Shown here: in pieces, positions 57,026 through 64,000 of the stretch | Numbering within the stretch: position 1 is the stretch's first letter | Layout of the letters: each line of letters starts with the position of its first letter | Source: Vulcanimicrobiota bacterium | GTDB lineage: Bacteria; Vulcanimicrobiota; Vulcanimicrobiia; Vulcanimicrobiales; Vulcanimicrobiaceae | Assembly (NCBI GenBank): GCA_963777315.1 | Contig: CAVZQC010000004.1 | Coordinates: 704,001 to 768,000 of the forward strand | Direction of reading: 5' to 3' | DNA length: 64,000 nt | Notes under the pieces: model-generated | What the model was told of the DNA's origin: nothing | Database searches by the model: none | Seen by the model: only the letters and a program-made list of their open reading frames with translations | Translations under genes and position numbers: made by a program

Positions 57026-57259
57026 TCAGGCCGGCGGATCTTCCAGAGCACGGTACGATTCGTATCCGCACACGAGCTCGACGCGCGCCGCCGATTCATC
57101 GCCGGCCGGCAGGCTTACCGGACGTGCACGCAGCACGCGCAGCGCGCCGCAGCCCGCATACGCGCCCACGGGCGCGAGCAGCGAAAACACCAGCGCTTGT
57201 CCGGCCAGTGCGCGGCGCGCGTCGACTTCAGGCATCAGTATCAGGTCTTCGAGCGGCAC
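57026..57259 (-). CDS. Small hypothetical protein between frr and uppS
   Basis: 77-aa ORF that fills the intergenic gap on the operon strand, with spacers of 9 and 4 nt. Confidence 0.6.
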   Translation of the reverse strand: MPLEDLILMPEVDARRALAGQALVFSLLAPVGAYAGCGALRVLRARPVSLPAGDESAARVELVCGYESYRALEDPPA

Positions 57260-57268
57260 GGCGGCGCG

Positions 57269-57826
57269 TCAGACCTCCAGAATCTCTTTTTCTTTAGCGG
57301 CAATGAGCTGATCGATGTCCTTGACGTACTTGTCGGTGAGCTTCTGGAGCTGATCCTGCATGCGTTTGCCGTCGTCCTCGGTGATCTCGTGGTCCTTGAG
57401 CTGCGCCTTGAGGTCGTCGTGGGTTTTGTGCCGGACGTTTCGCACCGCGATCTTGCCTTCTTCGCCCTTCTTTTTGACGACTTTGACCAGGTCTTTGCGC
57501 CGCTCTTCGTTCAGCGGGGGAACGATCAAACGGATCTGGTTGCCGTCGACGTTGGGCGTTAAACCCAAATCGCTCTTTTCTATTGCCTTGCGGATGTCGC
57601 CGACGGTATTGCGATCGAACGCCTGAATCATCAGCGAACGCGCGTCCGGGACGCTAACCGTCGCGACCTGCTTTAGGGGGACTGCCGAGCCGTACGCTTC
57701 GACGTGAAGCCGGTCGAGCAGCGCGGGCGTAGCACGGCCGGTGCGGATCGACGCGAATTCGCCGCGCGTGGACTCCAGGCACTTTTGCATTTTCGTTTCG
57801 GCATCTTTCAGGGAGTTGTCGGCCAT
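57269..57826 (-). CDS. frr: Ribosome recycling factor
   Basis: IRTGRATPALLD, PPLNEERRKDLVK, VRNVR. Confidence 0.96.
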   Translation of the reverse strand: MADNSLKDAETKMQKCLESTRGEFASIRTGRATPALLDRLHVEAYGSAVPLKQVATVSVPDARSLMIQAFDRNTVGDIRKAIEKSDLGLTPNVDGNQIRLIVPPLNEERRKDLVKVVKKKGEEGKIAVRNVRHKTHDDLKAQLKDHEITEDDGKRMQDQLQKLTDKYVKDIDQLIAAKEKEILEV

Positions 57827-57853
57827 TCGCACTCTCCAACGATTGTCGTTCAA

Positions 57854-59243
<1,390 letters not shown>

Positions 59244-59274
59244 GTTATACTCCAGTTGCGGTGAGGGTGAGCGG

Positions 59275-60069
59275 CTATACTCCGGCTTCGGCCTCGGCCA
59301 TGGTCGTGACGGGCTCTTCCTCCGGTTCGGCATACGCCTCGTAGCCTTCCGGCTCGGCGTAGGACGCCGCCTCGCTTGCGCTTTGGGTCTCGGTTCGCCC
59401 CTCGACGATGGCGTCGGCAATTTTTGAGACGATCAGTTTTACCGCCCGAATGGCGTCGTCGTTGCCCGGAATCGGGTAGTCGATCTCGTCGGGGTCGCAG
59501 TTCGTGTCGATGACCGCGATAATCGGGATCTTCAGCTTGCGCGCCTCCATGACGGCGATCCGCTCTTTTTTCGGATCGACGATGAAGACGGCATCGGGCA
59601 GCCGATGCATGTCCTTGATGCCGCCCAAGAAGCGCTCGAGCTTGGCCATCTCGTCGGCAAGCTTGGCGACTTCCTTTTTAGGAAGACGATCGAAGTCGCC
59701 TTGCTGCTTCATGTTCTCGAGCTCGCGCAAGCGGGCGATGCGCTTTTGTATCGTCGCAAAATTGGTCAGCGTCCCGCCCAGCCAGCGCTGGTTCACGAAA
59801 TAGGTGCCGGCTCGCTCGGCTTCTTCCTTGACCACGTCCTGAGCTTGTTTTTTGGTGCCCACGAAGAGCACGACCTTGCCTTCGCGCGAGAGTTGCTTGA
59901 CCGCTTCATAGGTCTCGCGCAGCTTCTGCACCGTCAGGGCGAGGTCGATGATGTAGATACCGTTGCGCTCTTGGAAAATGTACGGTTTCATTTTCGGATT
60001 CCAGCGGCGCGTCTGGTGACCGAAATGGACGCCCGCTTCGAGCAGGGCGCGCATAGAAATAATCGACAA
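59275..60069 (-). CDS. rpsB: 30S ribosomal protein S2
   Basis: [48 protein letters not shown] start after AAAGGA. Confidence 0.97.
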   Translation of the reverse strand: MSIISMRALLEAGVHFGHQTRRWNPKMKPYIFQERNGIYIIDLALTVQKLRETYEAVKQLSREGKVVLFVGTKKQAQDVVKEEAERAGTYFVNQRWLGGTLTNFATIQKRIARLRELENMKQQGDFDRLPKKEVAKLADEMAKLERFLGGIKDMHRLPDAVFIVDPKKERIAVMEARKLKIPIIAVIDTNCDPDEIDYPIPGNDDAIRAVKLIVSKIADAIVEGRTETQSASEAASYAEPEGYEAYAEPEEEPVTTMAEAEAGV

Positions 60070-60195
60070 TTCGTGTCCTTTCTGGTCCTCGGCCGGGTGC
60101 CGTCCTGGCGCCGGCCATGGTGAGGCCATAGCATCCCGCCTCCGTGAAGGATGAAGTGGCGCCGCCCGGCAGGGTCGCCCCGGGGCAGCCGCCAG

Positions 60196-60224
60196 AGTAT
60201 AACATGGCTCCGCGGCGGTGTCAC
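60196..60224 (-). promoter_or_regulatory. Candidate sigma70 promoter of the rpsB-tsf operon
   Basis: GTGACA-17 bp-TATACT with an extended -10 TG. Confidence 0.6.
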
Positions 60225-60289
60225 GGCGAAAGACGCTTGCTCGGGAGGCTGGCTAGGTCGCATTGCGGTTCCGGCCGATATCCTAAGCG

Positions 60290-61309
60290 ATGCGGCTTTT
60301 GGTCACCGGCGGCTTAGGCTTTATCGGTTCGAATTTCATTCATCTGGTTCTGCGCGAGCGGCCGCACGCCAGGGTGCTGAATTTCGACGCCATGACCTAC
60401 GCCGGCAACCCGGCCAATTGCGCGGACGTTGAAAGCGACCCGCGCTATAAGTTCGTCCGCGGCGATATCTGCGATCCGGCGGCCGTGAACTGCGCGCTGG
60501 CGGACGGCATCGACGCCGTGATCAATTTTGCGGCCGAAACGCACGTGGACCGCTCGATCCTCGAGCCCGAGGCGTTCTTGCGCACGGACGTCTTGGGAAC
60601 GCAGACACTGCTCGAGGCGGTGCGGCGTAACCATATTGCGCGTTTCGTACAAGTTTCGACCGACGAGGTCTACGGCGACGTCGCGCAGGGTGAATCGGTG
60701 GAAACCGATCCGCTTGCGCCGCAAAGCCCGTACAGCGCCGGAAAGGCCGCGGGCGATCTCCATGTGCTGGCATACTGGAACACGTACCGAACGCCCGCGC
60801 TGATCACGCGCGGCTCGAATACGTACGGGCCCTACCAGTATCCCGAGAAGCTGATCCCCCTGTTCGTCTCCAATCTCATCGACGACACGCCCGTGCCGGT
60901 GTACGGCGACGGCTTGCAAATTCGGGATTGGATGCACGTCGACGATCACGCTCGCGGCATCCTGCACGTGCTCGAACACGGCGATCCGGGCAACGTCTAC
61001 AACGTCGGCGGCGGCAATCCGCGCACGAATCTGGAGATTACGCACCGTCTGCTCGAAAGTTGCAGGCGCGCGCCGCATTCGCACGTGCGGCACGTCGCCG
61101 ACCGCGCCGGGCACGACCGGCGCTACGCTATCAACTGCTCCAAGCTTCGTGCGCTCGGATGGCATCCGCGCGTACGATTCGAGCGGGGACTGCACGAAAC
61201 GGTTGAGTGGTACCGGCGCAACGAAGCGTGGTGGCGGCCCCTCAAGAACGGCGACTTTGCCGATTACTACCATAAACAATATGCGCATCGGGGAGTTGCT
61301 ACGGCGTGA
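60290..61309 (+). CDS. rfbB: dTDP-glucose 4,6-dehydratase
   Basis: TGGLGFIGSN, AAETHVDRSI, STDEVYG, YSAGK, DRAGHDRRY. Confidence 0.94.
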   Translation: MRLLVTGGLGFIGSNFIHLVLRERPHARVLNFDAMTYAGNPANCADVESDPRYKFVRGDICDPAAVNCALADGIDAVINFAAETHVDRSILEPEAFLRTDVLGTQTLLEAVRRNHIARFVQVSTDEVYGDVAQGESVETDPLAPQSPYSAGKAAGDLHVLAYWNTYRTPALITRGSNTYGPYQYPEKLIPLFVSNLIDDTPVPVYGDGLQIRDWMHVDDHARGILHVLEHGDPGNVYNVGGGNPRTNLEITHRLLESCRRAPHSHVRHVADRAGHDRRYAINCSKLRALGWHPRVRFERGLHETVEWYRRNEAWWRPLKNGDFADYYHKQYAHRGVATA

Positions 61310-62040
61310 AGGGCATCATTTTAGCCGGCGGTTTGGGATCGCGGCTTCGACCCCTGACCAAAGTCACCAACAAGCATCTGCTGCCGATTTACGACAAGCC
61401 GATGATCTACTACCCCATCCAAACCCTGGTCGGCGCCGGAATCAAAGACATCATGATCGTCACCGGCGGGAATTCCGCGGGAGACTTTCTGCGTTTGCTC
61501 GGCAACGGACGTGAATTCGGCCTTAAAGACATCGCCTACACCTACCAGGAGGGTGAGGGCGGAATCGCCGACGCGCTCAAACTCTGCGAGCACTTTGCCG
61601 AAGGGCAGCGCATCGTCGTCGTTTTAGGCGACAACATTCTTGCCGACGACATCTCGGACTACGTGCGCAAGTTCCAGGAGCAGGATTCCGGAGCGCGCAT
61701 TCTGCTCAAAGAGGTCGACGACCCCGAGCGCTTCGGCTGCCCCGAGCTCGAGGGCGAGCGCATCGTTCGCATCGAGGAGAAACCCATGCGCCCCAAGAGC
61801 CGCTACGCCGTGACCGGCGTGTACATGTACGATCGGCGCGTCTTCGATTTTTGCCGGCGGCTCGAGCGGTCTGCGCGCGGCGAGATGGAAATCACCGACG
61901 TGAACAATGCGTACATCCGGGAAGGCGACCTGTTCCACGACGTGCTCGACGGCTGGTGGACCGACGCCGGTACGTTCGAATCGCTGTTTCGAGCCGGTCA
62001 GCTGGTCGCGCGCGAACGCTCGAGCGTACCGGCTCTATAA
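61306..62040 (+). CDS. rfbA: Glucose-1-phosphate thymidylyltransferase (short SpsI-like form)
   Basis: GIILAGGLGSRLRPLT, KHLLPIYDKPMIYYP, EEKP, GEMEITD, WWTDAGT. Confidence 0.92.
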   Translation: MKGIILAGGLGSRLRPLTKVTNKHLLPIYDKPMIYYPIQTLVGAGIKDIMIVTGGNSAGDFLRLLGNGREFGLKDIAYTYQEGEGGIADALKLCEHFAEGQRIVVVLGDNILADDISDYVRKFQEQDSGARILLKEVDDPERFGCPELEGERIVRIEEKPMRPKSRYAVTGVYMYDRRVFDFCRRLERSARGEMEITDVNNAYIREGDLFHDVLDGWWTDAGTFESLFRAGQLVARERSSVPAL

Positions 62041-62937
62041 GCGCTGCGCCGCGATCGTAAACTCAAGACACGTCTTATAGACGTCGGGAAGCTGCCCGAG
62101 GGACTGCAGCCGGTTGAGCTCCCGGGCGAAGACCTCCACCTCGGCATCGCAGCCGAACATCACCGGATCCGTCGTGATGCTTGCGTCGCAGACTCGAGCT
62201 CGGCCGTCGCGATGCTCGCGGTAGATCAGCGTCTGAATGCGGCAGCCCAGCGCAGTCAGCAGCGCGACGACCTGCGGTGCCGTAACGTAGAAAAACGTGC
62301 CGATGCCCGCCGTCGGGCGTCCCATCGCGCGGCACCACTTTTCAGCCTGCACGCGCGGCATGAAGCGCGGCCACGCCATGCAGTAGTGGGTGTCGTACGA
62401 CATACGATAATCCGGCGCGCACAGCTGCAGCCAGCCGCCGCGTTTGGTTACGCGGACCGCCTCGTACAGGACCGACGGCAAATCGGAAACGTGTTCCAGG
62501 ACGTGGTAGCTGGTGACGAGGTCGAAGGATTGATCCGCGAACGCGAGGCGTCCGGCATCCCCGACGCAGACGTGCTCTTGCCAGCTGTCGGGGTAGCCTA
62601 GCCACGCGCACCAGCTGCGCGCCAGTTCGATCTTCTGAACGGACAAATCGACGCCGTAAGCCGAGTGACCGCGCTGCAGGGCTTTCCATACCAGCGTTCC
62701 CGGCCCGCAGCCCAGGTCCAATATCGCGCGCGGCGCGCCTAAGATTCCCGGAGTTGCCGTCAGCGCGGGCAGCTCGTTCAAACGGAAATCATGCGCATCC
62801 ACGCTTGTAAGGTATGCGAGCAAATTACCGTAGAGCGGACCGTCCAGGGGCAATCCGTACGTCTTGCAGTCTTCGTCGAGATAGGCCTTGGCGCTTGCGA
62901 TGTAGTCGCCGGCGGGTGCCTGCATTGGCGCGATCAT
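62035..62937 (-). CDS. Class I SAM-dependent methyltransferase
   Basis: ILDLGCGPG, GVDLS, FDLVTSYHVLEHV, RVTKRGG. Confidence 0.88.
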   Translation of the reverse strand: MIAPMQAPAGDYIASAKAYLDEDCKTYGLPLDGPLYGNLLAYLTSVDAHDFRLNELPALTATPGILGAPRAILDLGCGPGTLVWKALQRGHSAYGVDLSVQKIELARSWCAWLGYPDSWQEHVCVGDAGRLAFADQSFDLVTSYHVLEHVSDLPSVLYEAVRVTKRGGWLQLCAPDYRMSYDTHYCMAWPRFMPRVQAEKWCRAMGRPTAGIGTFFYVTAPQVVALLTALGCRIQTLIYREHRDGRARVCDASITTDPVMFGCDAEVEVFARELNRLQSLGQLPDVYKTCLEFTIAAQRL

Positions 62938-62976
62938 GTCTAATGTATCGGCGGCGCATGCCGAACCCAGTACTGA

Positions 62977-63694
62977 ATGCCCTCGTGTTCTGCTGCCGTC
63001 GTCCAGCCGTCGTACATCCCGTGGCGCGGTTACTTCGATCTCATCCGGCGCAGCGACGTGTTCGTATTTTACGACGACGTCCAATACGACAAACACGGCT
63101 GGCGCAACCGCAACCGCATAAAGACAGCCCAAGGGCTGCGCTGGCTAACGGTCCCGGTTCATGCTAAAGGCAACACGCTGGGCGGTACGCCGATCAACCG
63201 TATTCGCGTCGACCATACGCGCGACTGGAAGCGCGCGCATGCAGAGCAGCTTCGCCATTCGTACGCGCGAGCGCCGTTTTACGAGCGATATCGCGAGCTG
63301 ACTGCGGAACTCTACGCGAGCGCTTGCGAACTGCTGGCGGACTTCACCATCGCCACGACGATTCGGCTGGCCCGCCACCTGGGAATCGAGCATACTCGCT
63401 TTCTGCGTTCGTCGGAATTCGCCGCGTCGGGCGCCAAGACGGACCGTCTGATCGATCTGTTGCAGCAAATCGGGGCAACGCACTACATCAGCGGGCCGTC
63501 GGCGCGGGCCTACATCGAAACCGACAAGTTCGCGCGCGCCGGCATTTCATTGGAGTACGCCGCGTACGACTACGCCCCGTACGAGCAGTCTGTATCCGCC
63601 GTACGAAGCCGGCGTTTCCATCCTCGATACGATTTTCACGCTGGGTCCGCGAGCGCAATCCTGTTTCGAGCCGGCACGTGCGCCCGCCGGCTGA
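62977..63694 (+). CDS. WbqC family protein (single-base insertion at about 63589)
   Basis: QPSYIPWRGYF, DDVQY, WRNRNRIK, WLTVPV, YISGP. Removing one base restores YEQLYPPYEAGVSILDTIF, ending at TGA 63694. Confidence 0.85.
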
Positions 63695-64000
63695 TAACGC
63701 GGCGCGCACATCGCTGCGCGTGCCGTTCAACAAACCGTACGTAACGGGCCGCGAGATGCAGTACCTGCAGGAAGCCATCGACAACGCGCATCTTTCCGGC
63801 GACGGCCCGTTCACCGAGCGAATCCATCGCCGGCTGGTCGAGCGCATCGGCTCTGAGTCGGCTCTGCTGACGCATTCGTGCACGGCCGCGCTGGAGATGT
63901 GCGCGCTGCTGCTCGACATCCGGCCCGGCGACGAGGTCATCATGCCTTCCTACACGTTCGTGTCGACTGCGAACGCATTCGTATTGCGAGGCGGCGTGCC
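63678..64000 (+). CDS. wecE: dTDP-4-amino-4,6-dideoxygalactose transaminase (DegT/DnrJ family), partial
   Basis: Manual translation gives VPFNKPYVTGRE...LSGDGPFT...LTHSCTAALEM...GDEVIMPSYTFVSTANAFVLRG. Runs off the window; start is 63678 or 63720. Confidence 0.88.
   Translation, partial: MRPPADNAARTSLRVPFNKPYVTGREMQYLQEAIDNAHLSGDGPFTERIHRRLVERIGSESALLTHSCTAALEMCALLLDIRPGDEVIMPSYTFVSTANAFVLRGGV

Overview
High-GC, gene-dense bacterial chromosomal window. Gene content suggests a diderm of the Eremiobacterota/Vulcanimicrobiota type; this is inference from the Gly-rich 'LxxC-GGG' lipoproteins, a secretin, and Firmicutes-like gene order. From left to right: an S53 protease lipoprotein and partner; leuCD-like genes divergent from a six-gene coupled operon (metY, CoA-binding protein, luxE-like, luxC-like, class III aminotransferase, Gfo/Idh/MocA oxidoreductase); two tandem S8 protease lipoproteins; a glpX/lpd-like/CN-hydrolase/nadE/cinA operon; a GT-C/GtrA/GT-C glycosylation trio; a divergent Tad/Flp pilus locus with two Flp pilins, three pseudopilins, two prepilin peptidases and a CpaE-CpaF fusion; a 167-bp MITE-like inverted repeat; a STAND-SARP regulator; two PAS-GGDEF-EAL proteins; amj, an M16 peptidase, proS, pduO, a Nudix hydrolase and a permease; the rpsB-tsf-pyrH-frr-uppS-cdsA-dxr-rseP-ispG cluster; and the start of a dTDP-amino-sugar cluster. 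Three genes (leuC, nadE, wbqC) each carry a single-base insertion, probably consensus errors. The best candidates for an undescribed system are the luciferase-free LuxE/LuxC/transaminase operon and the atypical Tad locus with its neighbouring glycosylation and c-di-GMP genes. No rRNA, tRNA, CRISPR array or transposase was seen.
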